This document shows positions 38,507 to 48,742 of a DNA stretch of 48,742 nt, one piece after another. The stretch covers positions 7,380,461 through 7,429,202 of the forward strand of contig NC_068987.1 in assembly GCF_001194135.2 (NCBI RefSeq), written 5' to 3'. Numbering within the stretch: the stretch's first letter is position 1; every line of letters begins with the position of its first letter. The stretch is from Octopus bimaculoides (taxonomy: Eukaryota). Below the pieces are notes generated by a model, which saw nothing but the letters and a program-made list of their open reading frames with translations, was not told the DNA's origin and made no database searches. Both the position numbers and the translations under genes were made by a program.

Positions 38507-38800
38507 AGGCGCGTGGCTTAGTGGTTAGGGCACCTGGCTCACGATCGTAAGGTCGTGAGTTCAATTCCCAGCGACGCAAGTCACTTTATTTTACGTTGTT
38601 CTAGTCGACTTAGCTGGCAAAAATAAGTAGTACCTGTATTTCAAAGAGGCCTGCCTAGTCACGCTGAATCTCCCTAAGGAACTACGTTAGGGGTACAGGT
38701 GTCTGTGGAGTGCTCGGCTACTTCCACGTTAATTTCACGAGCAGGCTGCTCCGTTGACCGTATCAACTGGGACCCTCGTCGACGTAACCGACGGAGTGCT
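38507..38800 (+). mobile_element. tRNA-SINE family C, full length
   Basis: GGCGCGTGGCTTAGTGGTTAGGG..GGTCGTGAGTTCAATTCCC head; body matches 7421-7722. Confidence 0.9.
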
Positions 38801-39749
38801 CAGCGATATATATATACATACACATATATCTGTGTGTGTGTGTGCGTGAAGGTATATATGCATATGTATATAAAGAGAGAGAGAGAGAGTGAGATATATT
38901 ATATATAGAGAGAGGATACGTTTAAAATATACTTATGTAATATATATTTAATATACATTTAGCATAGGTATNNNNNNNNNNTATATATATACATATATAC
39001 ACACACTCACACAGATGAGAGAAAGAGATATATGCATACATATCTTTCTGCCATTTCTTAATTGGACGTACAGCACCACCAAGAAACATAATCTTGATAA
39101 AACCAGGTGATTACGCAACATAAAGCAACTGATGGAATGTTGAGTGATTTACACTCACCAATAATGAATGCTATTCGCAATATTAGAGAACATAGTTGAC
39201 CTAAGCACCAGACTTTGGCATTCACCTCACTTTCACCTCTCTTAATATAGAGGCTGCAATAACATTACTGAAATATTTATTTTCATTTGTGCTTTATTTT
39301 TTGGGGGCGGGGGGGTTATATTTACTTCTTCAGTTGTTTATAACTTTTGTATTGTATATTTATTCGCTCTGCATTATTAGGTGTATCAAAGAGGAAAGGT
39401 TGTTCTCTTACTCTATTAAGGTGTGAATAGGCTAGAAATTTTACCATCAGATTTGATTTAAATTGGAGCTTGGCAAGTGCAGAGTAAAGAATTAACTTAG
39501 ATAGGGGGAAATGCATAACACCTAGGCTGAAGATGCAAAATAATATGTTTCTGACGAGGAAAGGATTGTGTATCAACAAAAGTAAATAGTTATAATGTGT
39601 ATAACAAGATTAGATACTGGTGTTGAAACAATGTAAATTCTATAGAACAGACACAGACACTCATGCATATACACGCATACATACACATGTGTGTGTGTGT
39701 AAGTATTCATACAGGTGTATACAGCTTTAGTTTATATTAATTGTATTTC

Positions 39750-39793
39750 GGCCAGAGTTCTTTCGTCACACTTCTGTGACTTCATCAGTGGTC
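39750..39793 (-). ncRNA. Minimal type I hammerhead ribozyme motif (left arm)
   Basis: Minus strand GACCA-CTGATGA-A-GTCACA-GAAG-TGTGAC-GAAA-GAAC-TC-TGGCC; one mismatch in stem I. Confidence 0.75.
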
Positions 39794-39870
39794 CTTTGCT
39801 TTACTTCTTTCTTGGCAGGTCGTTAGGAAGAAGAGACACACACACAAAAGAAAAGAAGAAGAAAGCAAAA

Positions 39871-39914
39871 GGCCACTGATGAGGTCACAGAAGTGTGACG
39901 AAAGAACTCTGGCC
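39871..39914 (+). ncRNA. Minimal type I hammerhead ribozyme motif (right arm, intact core)
   Basis: GGCCA-CTGATGA-G-GTCACA-GAAG-TGTGAC-GAAA-GAAC-TC-TGGCC: 5-bp stem I, 6-bp stem II, intact CUGAUGA/GAAA/UH, predicted cleavage after C39909. Confidence 0.8.
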
Positions 39915-39942
39915 GAAATACAATTAATATGAAATAAAGCTG

Positions 39943-39973
<31 letters not shown>

Positions 39974-40238
39974 CAGACATGCATATATACATACATACAT
40001 ACATACATACNNNNNNNNNNNNNNNNNNNNNNNNNNNNNNNNNNNNNNNNNNNNNNNNNNNNNNNNNNNNNNNNNNNNNNNNNNNNNNNNNNNNNNNNNN
40101 NNNNNNNNNNNNNNNNNNNNNNNNNNNNNNNNNNNNNNNNNNNNNNNNNNNNNNNNNNNNNNNNNNNNNNNNNNNNNNNNNNTGGCAGGTCGTTAGGAAG
40201 AAGAGACACACACAAAAGAAAAGAAGAAGAAAGCAAAA

Positions 40239-40282
40239 GGCCACTGATGAGGTCACAGAAGTGTGACGAAAGAACTCTGGCC
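40239..40282 (+). ncRNA. Third hammerhead copy, identical to 39871-39914
   Basis: Lies in the duplicated block 40183-40380 across an N gap; may be an assembly duplicate. Confidence 0.6.
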
Positions 40283-40310
40283 GAAATACAATTAATATGA
40301 AATAAAGCTG

Positions 40311-40341
<31 letters not shown>

Positions 40342-40976
40342 CAGACATGCATATATACATACATACATACATACATACGTACATACATGCATGCATATAT
40401 ACGTACATGCATGTATGTATGTATGTATGTATGTATACGTATGACCTGATGAATATTTTAATTTGGTGAACTACATGATAAGCATTGTTCTGAATACGCA
40501 TCCCTTCTTTCTTCATAAACTTTTGAAATGAATTTCGTTAATTGCTCTCTTAAAAATCCTTCTGTCTATTTTTATGTCCGCAGTTACTTTTGAAATATGA
40601 CACGAAACTATAAATTGTATTCAGTCTTTTGTTTTTAATCAACATAAGTGATAAAATATATCATGAACAGAAATGATAATTGTATTTCTTTTTGTTCTGT
40701 TTCCTTGTTTTATGTTCATTTGTTTCTTTGTTTATTTTATTCGTCTCTTTAGTTTCGAACAAACTATAAATTATTTCCATAATGGAGAGTATCGTAATGA
40801 ATTCAAGATATAAATTAACCATGCATTTAAAGAAACGCTTTTAATATTACGCGACCATATATTCTACAAAGAAATAAATGGATGATTTTATATAAGTAGG
40901 TATGTTGTAATAAAGGAAGATGGAAGACAAAAACGCACAAAAAAGAAAGCGTACCAGAGCTAGCGAGGTAGCTTGG

Positions 40977-41013
<37 letters not shown>

Positions 41014-41192
41014 NNNNNNNNNNNNNNNNNNNNNNNNNNNNNNNNNNNNNNNNNNNNNNNNNNNNNNNNNNNNNNNNNNNNNNNNNNNNNNNNNNNNNNN
41101 NNNNNNNNNNNNNATGTGTGTATTTGTGTGTGCATGTCTGTGCATATAGTATGTATATACATGTGTGTGTGTGTGTGTGAATATATGTATGC

Positions 41193-41227
<35 letters not shown>

Positions 41228-41237
41228 NNNNNNNNNN

Positions 41238-41272
<35 letters not shown>

Positions 41273-41371
41273 CGTGTGATGTAAGTATCCATTTATGTAT
41301 GTATGTGTGCATGTGTGTGTGTGCTTGTGCGTGTAAATATGTATATAGAGATATATGTATGCGTAAGCATG

Positions 41372-41404
<33 letters not shown>

Positions 41405-41728
41405 ATTAAGATGGTGACATGTTTGATCATCTTTGATGTTTTGAAAATTACATAATATACATATTATTGAATATATTGTTGGTTACCTCATAAAATACTT
41501 ATTAATTTGGGAGGAGCCAGATACGGGACTATGTCAGAAAACTCTGGTGGACCTGCAATATACTGTGTAACGAAAAGAAATATTAACTGACATCCAATAT
41601 TGGCAGAGAGGTTGCAAAATTGAAAAGCTATACTATAAATGAGCTTTTTTTTTTATTCTCAGGCAGATAATTAATCGTATCTCTACGTATGCAAATATAC
41701 CTGGGCACATATATGCATGTATATACAT

Positions 41729-41780
<52 letters not shown>

Positions 41781-42202
41781 TCAATATGATGCGTTCACAC
41801 TAATATCATGAACCCACATCTAGACTTCTAGAATTCTCTTTATATCTCGTTCCAAGTAACGCTGCTTGTTGTCCCTTGTGTGTCACGTGTCATATTATCT
41901 CCATAATCACCTTCCGGCTCGATACATTTCAATGCGCCTATCTATTTATTCATCTGATCATTTATCGATATGCCTTATTATTGTAATATTTATCTTTATG
42001 AACATTATGTCACACGCTTTAATTTTTTATTCCAGTTCGTTCTTCATTCCTGACATCATTGTCCATCCTTTATTGCTCAGAATCTTTCTGTCTTTCAATC
42101 TTTTTAGTCTTACACCGTTTTATCTGTTATACTGTTTTCAATCATTGGACTGCGGTCGTGTTGGAGCACCGCTTCGAAATATTTTAGTTATTTTTCTGTT
42201 CA

Positions 42203-42250
<48 letters not shown>

Positions 42251-42260
42251 NNNNNNNNNN

Positions 42261-42295
<35 letters not shown>

Positions 42296-42434
42296 CTCTT
42301 GTGACTTCATCGTTGTGTAAATTTTCAGATTACTTGTTTTCGCATCGGTATTATATAATTATTTATCTGCCTCTGTGAACAACTCCTGAGTCGATGACGT
42401 GTATTGTTTTGCCTTTTATGTTCATTTATTCTTT

Positions 42435-42639
42435 TATTCTTTTATTTATTTCAGTCGTTTGACTGCGGCCATGCTGGAGCACCGCATTCAGTCGAACAAA
42501 TCTACCCCAGGACTTATTCTTTGTAAGCCTAGTACTTATTTTATCGCTCTCTTTTTGCCGAACCACTACGTTACGAGGATGTAAACACACCAACATCGAT
42601 TGTCAAGCGATGATGAGGGAGAGAAACACAGACACACAA

Positions 42640-42676
<37 letters not shown>

Positions 42677-42819
42677 CACATACCAAATCTACTCACAAGG
42701 CTTTGGTCGGCCTGAGGCTATAGTAGAAGATACTGTCCCAAGATGCCACGCAGTGGGACTGAGCCCAGAACCATGTGATTAGTAAGCAAGCTACTTACCA
42801 CAAAGCCACTCCTGCGCCT
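42435..42819 (-). mobile_element. SINE family B, full length (bipartite)
   Basis: Minus-strand head AGGCGCAGGAGTGGCTTTGTGGTAAGTAGCTTGCTT..GGGCTCAGTCCC, internal (TA)/(TG)n, complete 3' half. Confidence 0.9.
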
Positions 42820-44314
42820 ATGTGTTATTTATAAATAGATATTTATTTATTTATTTATTTTCCATCTTTCAATTGTTCCCAACATTACAACTGACGTGTG
42901 TTTAGTTTGCTTGGCTTTAGACGGTTTTTCGTCTTAATGTAGCGAGGAGTAGGAATAGAATGTCATTGATGAGAACACGAATAGTGACGAAATAACTTTG
43001 TCAATTCTAACAAATTGATTGATTAACCGAATAACTAATAAAACAATTGATTTGTTAATTACTTAAATAGTGAACCAATTAGAAAATGAATACTAAAGAA
43101 ATGAAATAGAACCAGTGCGTGTGTTTATTATGAGTCATTATGAGCATGATGACCCACCCGAGATACAACAAAATTTGTTTCATATATATATNNNNNNNNN
43201 NNNNNNNNNNNNNNNNNNNNNNNNNNNNNNNNNNNNNNNNNNNNNNNNNNNNNNNNNNNNNNNNNNNNNNNNNNNNNNNNNNNNNNNNNNNNNNNNNNNN
43301 NNNNNNNNNNNNNNNNNNNNNNNNNNNNNNNNNNNNNNNNNNNNNNNNNNNNNNNNNNNNNNNNNNNNNNNNNNNNNNNNNNNNNNNNNNNNNNNNNNNN
43401 NNNNNNNNNNNNNNNNNNNNNNNNNNNNNNNNNNNNNNNNNNNNNNNNNNNNNNNNNNNNNNNNNNNNNNNNNNNNNNNNNNNNNNNNNNNNNNNNNNNN
43501 NNNNNNNNNNNNNNNGAGTATATCATAGCATATACGAGCTGAGTGTGTTCGCATAATATAAGCACTCACACACATATACAGACAACACCTACTCATACAC
43601 ATGGATGGATGTATGCACGTACATTGAATTTTCCAAATACCGACTGTCATATGACCTGAAGTAAATATTTACTAACATCAAAAGGAAACACAATGTGGTT
43701 CTGTTACGAGCCCCATGCCGTTAACGCCTTCTGTTTATTTATCAATGTTGGAATTCCTCAAATTATATTTGCTATGGTTACCGACACACATAGTTTATAG
43801 CTGTTTCATTGGCGTTGATTGTAGGCTGGTTTGTTGTGTTGCCGGAGATGGTTCACGTTGCTTTGTAGTCGATATCTGATGCTGTAATCTGCTGGTAGAG
43901 TTTTTGTATGTGATGTTGATTTTAACGAGGTTTTTTTTTCTCTCTCTCGTCTATTTACAGTTATTTGCTGACGTTTAATGTAGTTCTAAGTGAAATATGT
44001 GATACAGTTTCTATTGTTCCAATGACTTTTATATTACTGAGGGTGGGAAATTGTTTTAAGTAAAAAAAAAGACATGAAGGCTGTAATAGATTTTGAGAGA
44101 AACAGCTTCGTTCTTTGTATTTTTTAATTATTATTGACAAAAAGATAAATAGAATATGGAAGAGAAGGGGAATTCCCATTATACATTCCATATGCGTATC
44201 TCTGTGTCTCTGGGTCCTTTTCTTCCTTTCTGCTCATTTGCGTTTTATTAACTGTCATACATTCAAAGTGAAGGCGTCTGTCCTAGTTTTTTTTTTTTTT
44301 TTTTTGAGAGTTAC

Positions 44315-44430
44315 AATCCCGATATTACGATCGTGCTTTCGATTCCCGGACCGGCCGGCGCATTGTGTTTTTTTAAGCAAAACCACTTCGGTTCACATTA
44401 CTCCACTTCACTCAGCTGTAAATGCAAAGG
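44315..44430 (+). mobile_element. tRNA-SINE family C-like partial copy
   Basis: TTTCGATTCCCGGACCGG..AAGCAAAACCACTT..CACTCAGCTGTAAATG. Confidence 0.65.
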
Positions 44431-45108
44431 GCTCTGCAAAGGACTGTCATCTTTACATCTTTCAGATCTTTAGAGATTACTGCATGAAACTTGGCAAGAT
44501 ATTCCGCGAGAAAATATTCGTCATCTGTTGGGTAACATGCTTTATAGGGTCCTTGCATTGAAAAGTGCAAAGGGCACGTCTACTAAATATTAAATATCCA
44601 CATTATAACAATTAACAAATAATTTGAATATATAATTGCAGATTTAAATAAATTCTAATTATAACGGTGTTTATTTACTTTTGTCATGTCTGTGTGTATA
44701 CAAACGCACATNNNNNNNNNNNNNNNNNNNNNNNNNNNNNNNNNNNNNNNNNNNNNNNNNNNNNNNNNNNNNNNNNNNNNNNNNNNNNNNNNNNNNNNNN
44801 NNNNNNNNNNNNNNNNNNNNNNNNNNNNNNNNNNNNNNNNNNNNNNNNNNNNNNNNNNNNNNNNNNNNNNNNNNNNNNNNNNNNNNNNNNNNNNNNNNNN
44901 NNNNNNNNNNNNNNNNNNNNNNNNNNNNNNNNNNNNNNNNNNNNNNNNNNNNNNNNNNNNNNNNNNNNNNNNNNNNNNNNNNNNNNNNNNNNNNNNNNNN
45001 NNNNNNNNNNNNNNNNNNNNNNNNNNNNNNNNNNNNNNNNNNNNNNNNNNNNNNNNNNNNNNNNNNNNNNNNNNNNNNNNNNNNNNNNNNNNNNNNNNNN
45101 NNNNNNNN

Positions 45109-45142
<34 letters not shown>

Positions 45143-45194
45143 GCACACGTGTCTGTCTTTGTTTTGTGTTTGCCTCTACCCCTAGGCAACTGCT

Positions 45195-45295
45195 GTTCAT
45201 TTGTTTACGTCGATTGTTCGACTATATATCTCAAGGTGGTGCCACAACATGGCTGCAATCCAATGACTGAAACAAGTAAGAGATAAAAGAAAATA
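45195..45295 (+). mobile_element. SINE family B, 3' tip
   Basis: AAGGTGGTGCCACAACATGGCTGCAATCCAATGACTGAAACAAGTAAGAG. Confidence 0.7.
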
Positions 45296-45591
45296 AACCT
45301 AATGCTTTTATATTCACTCTGTCTCAATACATATTTGAAAATGCATTTGTTTTTATAGGTGTGTAGGTCAATGTATGTAATGTAAACATTTTTGAAATTC
45401 CATTAAGCGGAATAATAGTATCTAAGAGGAATGCTCTTAGTGTTTACTTCTTTTGGTTGGTATCTGAAGAAAAAGGTCTCTTCCTGGTGCTGTTATAATA
45501 GGTTTACTTAAACAAGTTATCGTAAGAGGAATTCTTCGACAGACTGCTAAAGGTCGAATTACATCGCCTACCTATTATTTCTACCTTCTGT

Positions 45592-45998
45592 CTCTTGCTT
45601 GCTTCAGTCGTTAGACTACGACCATGCTGGAGTACCCTCTTGATGGGTTTTAGTTGAACAGATCTAAACTAGTACTTATTTTTGTTTTCAAAGTCTGATA
45701 CTCGTTCTGTCAGTCTCTTTTCCCGAACCGCTAATATATGAGAACGTAAACAAACCAACACGGGTTGTCGAGCGGTGAGCTGGGATAAAAACAGACCCCC
45801 CCCCCAAGTACGTACACACACACACACACAGAGTATATGTGCGTGTTTGTGTGTGTATGTGTGTGTGTGTATTCATCTATGTATGTTCGACGGGCTTCTT
45901 TCAGTTTTCATCCTCCAAATCTGTTCACAGCTCGAACTGTAGTATAAGACACTTGCTTAAAGTGCCGAGCAGTGGAACTGAACCCAAGTCCACACGGC
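45592..45998 (-). mobile_element. SINE family B, decayed bipartite copy
   Basis: Both halves present around an internal (CA)n/(TG)n tract. Confidence 0.75.
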
Positions 45999-46724
45999 TA
46001 ATCTTGGGTTCAGTGCCACTCAGCCACACCTGCCAAAGAAAGCAAGATTTTATTGCAGATATTAGTCCAGATGTTATCGAATTTGGTGTCAAACTAAAAG
46101 ATATAACCATAAATCGACTTACTTTAGCAAAAATCGAATTTCTTTTTCCATTCCACACCAATAGCTGAAACTAAAATTTGCACAAAACTAGTTATTTTTT
46201 TTTTTTAATAAAATTGACACCATTTTGTTATTGAATATAAATGGATATAGATTTCTTACGAAGAAATAAGTAAATTGATTTCAGTTCAATAAGCTGATAC
46301 ACGCCTATATTAGCCATAACTGAAAAAAAACATTGACACAGAACGTATAATATTTGTCAAATTTATTCAAACACATTTATCTAATGAACTATTTCCTTGG
46401 CCAAATAGAAAATATACGTAGCTAATGAGAGTTTGATTTAAAGTGGACATTGCTTATAAATCATACTCGACAGACAATCTTTCGGCATATAGATTATTCA
46501 TTTTTCTTCATTTCTTTTTTACACGAAAAACAAAAAAACAAACATTTAACTGTTCGGAAAGTTAATAACCAAATAAGAAGATTCATAGGCAAATAAGAAA
46601 ATTCCAGTGAATCAATATATTATTACAAAACCTCAGCTTATATTTATTGAAATTGATATCAAACTAAGATTTTCTATTCAACATGAAGCCACTTTAAACG
46701 AGGTAAAGAATTGTCTTCTGTTTA

Positions 46725-46975
46725 TTTCATTTTATGTATCCAGTCGGATGACTAGCATGGACCAATGCAACTCTTCACCGCCAGATGTTCCGATCCACAA
46801 GCTGATCGATATATACTCCGGTTTGTCGATACCTGTGTGTCCATGCGTAGCTTTCCAAAGATGGAGGTCGCTAGATATGTCATCCTTGCTGCTCCACCAA
46901 TGTCCTGTGTAACATATCGTTTCTCTGATTAGTGAGTTGATGGTGTAAAGACTGCCATATTGTTGCCGTTTTGTG
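46725..46975 (-). mobile_element. RTE-clade LINE 3' fragment, lineage 3
   Basis: LTKRQQYGSL..YTGHWWSSKDDISSDLHLWKATHG, then YIDQLVDRNIWR. Matches PTKQQLYG..AGHCWRSKDELISDxLLWxPxHG..YIDQL..DRxxWR. Confidence 0.8.
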
Positions 46976-46989
46976 AGGTAAGAAAGGAT

Positions 46990-47182
46990 GGGTTCAAATT
47001 TCGGCACAGGGCCAGCAAATTTCGGGGGAGAGGCTATGTCGATTACATCGACCCCAGTGTTCAATTGGTACTTATTTTATTGATTCCGAAAGGATGAAAC
47101 GCAAAGTCGACCTCGATAAAATTTGAACTCAGAACGTAAGCATTTTGCCCTGTATGATAATTATTCTGCTAGCTCGCGACCT
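46990..47182 (-). mobile_element. SINE family A, copy A12
   Basis: Family A core present. Confidence 0.85.
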
Positions 47183-47363
47183 CAGCCAAGAAAGATTGAT
47201 ATCACGAAACTTTCTTTTGTATGTGCCACCACGTTTTTTTTCAAGTTTCTTATTCGAAGAGAAGTATTGGTTCAACGACTGCTTTGAAGAAATTCTTCTT
47301 CGTGTTGTCAGGAAAGGAGGACTGCCCTATAATTCTGGGCATTCCATGCTTTTGCTACTCTTG

Positions 47364-47583
47364 TATTCTTTTCTACACTAGGCACAAGGCCTGAAATATT
47401 ACGGGAGGTGGGGCCAGTCGATTAGATCGACCCTAGTACGCAACTGGTACTTAATTTATCGACCCTGAAAGGATGAAGGGCAAAGTCGACCTCGGCGGAA
47501 TTTGAACTCAAAACGTAACGGCAGACGAAATACCACTAAGCATCACACCCGGCGTGCTAACGCTTCTGCCAGCTCACCGCCTT
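47364..47583 (-). mobile_element. SINE family A, copy A13
   Basis: Near-consensus full-length copy. Confidence 0.9.
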
Positions 47584-48204
47584 TTTGCAACACTTATATT
47601 AATAGAAGGCTAAAAGCAAATTTAAAGTACTGTTTCAGATATTTAAACGATAAGATTTTATTTAATTTCTCGTTATTAAAAAACAAACATTTTAAACAGA
47701 AGAAAGTTCTTTAAATTCTAACAATATTCAATATATTTGCATGAGCCAATTCCAACATTTTCTCCCAATTACACGTTTATCGGTAATTCCTCAGAGATAT
47801 TAAAATGTAATTAAACAAAACTTGGCCCAGGACCTTGGGTTTATTCCTGGTTTCTTTCATTTCATTATACTTTATCATTTTTCAAATTTCTGGCACCACG
47901 CCATTATTTTCAATTTCTTGTTCCTATCTTTTATTCAATATTTCGTACAACATTAATGTCAATTCTTTCACATTTTTTTAAAAATTCTATCTTCTATATT
48001 TAATTTCATGATTTATTTTGCTTCAAATTTCGTAAAAGTGCAAATTCTTGTGACCGATAAATAGGTAAAACCTGACTAGGTTATTTGCAAAACGTTTTAA
48101 TCTTAAATTTCCGTCATTTTGTTCCATTTTAAATTCTGGATTTTTCTCTAATATAAATAAACAGCCAAGGCCAAAAATATTTTGAGAAAATTACTGTATA
48201 GTTA

Positions 48205-48400
48205 TGTTTTGCTTGTTTTTAGTCTTTGAAACACGAGCCATGCTGGGGCACCGACTTGGTTTTTTTTTTTTTTTTTCGTTTTCGTTTTTTTTTTTCCTGA
48301 GTCTACTACTTAATCCCTTCGTGTCGTTCGCTGAACCGTTAAGGTACGAAGATGTAAGCAAACCAATACCGGTTGTCAAGTGGCAGGAGACAAAACACGC
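48205..48400 (-). mobile_element. SINE family B, decayed 3' half
   Basis: GCCATGCTGGGGCACCG..GAACCGTTAAG..CCGGTTGTCAAG on the plus strand. Confidence 0.7.
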
Positions 48401-48429
48401 ATGCACACATACACTCACGCACATATATA

Positions 48430-48650
48430 CACGATGAAGTGCTGAAAAGTTCCTGGCTTTCGGTAAAAGAAAGTACAGGAGGATCAGTCAATTATGATTT
48501 TATTCAACATATTCCCCTCTCAGATTGACACACCTATTGCAGCGGTCCCTCAGTTTTTCTAAGCCCTGTAAAAGAACTCAGACGGCTGGGCCTCCAACCA
48601 GGCCTTTCGTGATACCCTTAAAGCCAGGAACTTTTCAGTACCCCCTCGTG
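48430..48650 (-). mobile_element. Mariner-derived MITE, 221 bp, TA target-site duplication
   Basis: 31-bp TIRs at 48430-48460 and 48620-48650 (4 mismatches), TA on both sides, transposase C-terminal codons on the minus strand. Confidence 0.9.
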
Positions 48651-48696
48651 TACACACACAGACACACACACACACACATGAGGGATGCTGAAAAGT

Positions 48697-48742
<46 letters not shown>

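Larger units (their letters stand above)
39722..39942. mobile_element. Inverted-repeat element, Penelope-like pseudo-LTR pair (putative)
   Basis: Arms ~39722-39813 and ~39847-39942 are near-perfect reverse complements, and each carries a hammerhead motif. Confidence 0.65.
4559..45108. other. 16 assembly gaps (N runs)
   Basis: 4559-4604, 10638-10700, 13133-13414, 21660-21834, 23355-23364, 25495-25915, 31091-31573, 33244-33372, 34548-35211, 38972-38981, 40011-40182, 41014-41113, 41228-41237, 42251-42260, 43192-43515, 44712-45108. Confidence 1.

Noticed and set aside
43930-44070. Strong polypyrimidine acceptor followed by YLLTFNVVLSEICDTVSIVPMTFILLRVGNCFK*
   Set aside because: No recognisable protein and no clear donor; the T/CT tract may be simple repeat.
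44340-44365. CpG-rich patch suggesting a promoter
   Set aside because: Explained by the family C-like SINE head and body.
1193-45286. Dozens of ORF-track entries rich in HT, CV, YI, IYLS or X
   Set aside because: Translations of (CA), (TG), (TA) and (GATA) microsatellites and of N gaps, not genes.
1-48742. CRISPR arrays, operons or other prokaryotic systems
   Set aside because: The sequence is eukaryotic repeat-rich DNA with no regularly spaced repeat-spacer array or prokaryotic gene structure.

Overview
AT-rich eukaryotic non-coding DNA from a draft assembly with 16 N-gaps, almost all next to microsatellites. The very high (CA/TA/GATA/GAT)n density and the tRNA-derived SINE families suggest a coleoid cephalopod, most likely Octopus (inference from repeat content). 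No host protein-coding gene can be supported, and nearly all ORF-track entries are microsatellite or N artefacts. What can be read is a layered mobile-element record: (i) R4/Dong-clade RLE retrotransposon fragments, one nested in the (TAA)n tail of another; (ii) three RTE-clade LINE 3' ends; (iii) mariner/Tc1 fossils and a 221-bp mariner MITE; (iv) at least three tRNA-SINE families, labelled A, B and C here; (v) a tRNA-like element with a Pol III terminator. The most notable signal is two unrelated minimal type I hammerhead-ribozyme motifs. One lies in both arms of a ~90-bp near-perfect inverted repeat (39.72-39.94 kb, third copy at 40.24 kb). The other is at 9.57-9.61 kb and carries core mutations. 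Both resemble the pseudo-LTR hammerheads of Penelope-like elements and retrozymes. Coordinates of degenerate repeats are approximate.
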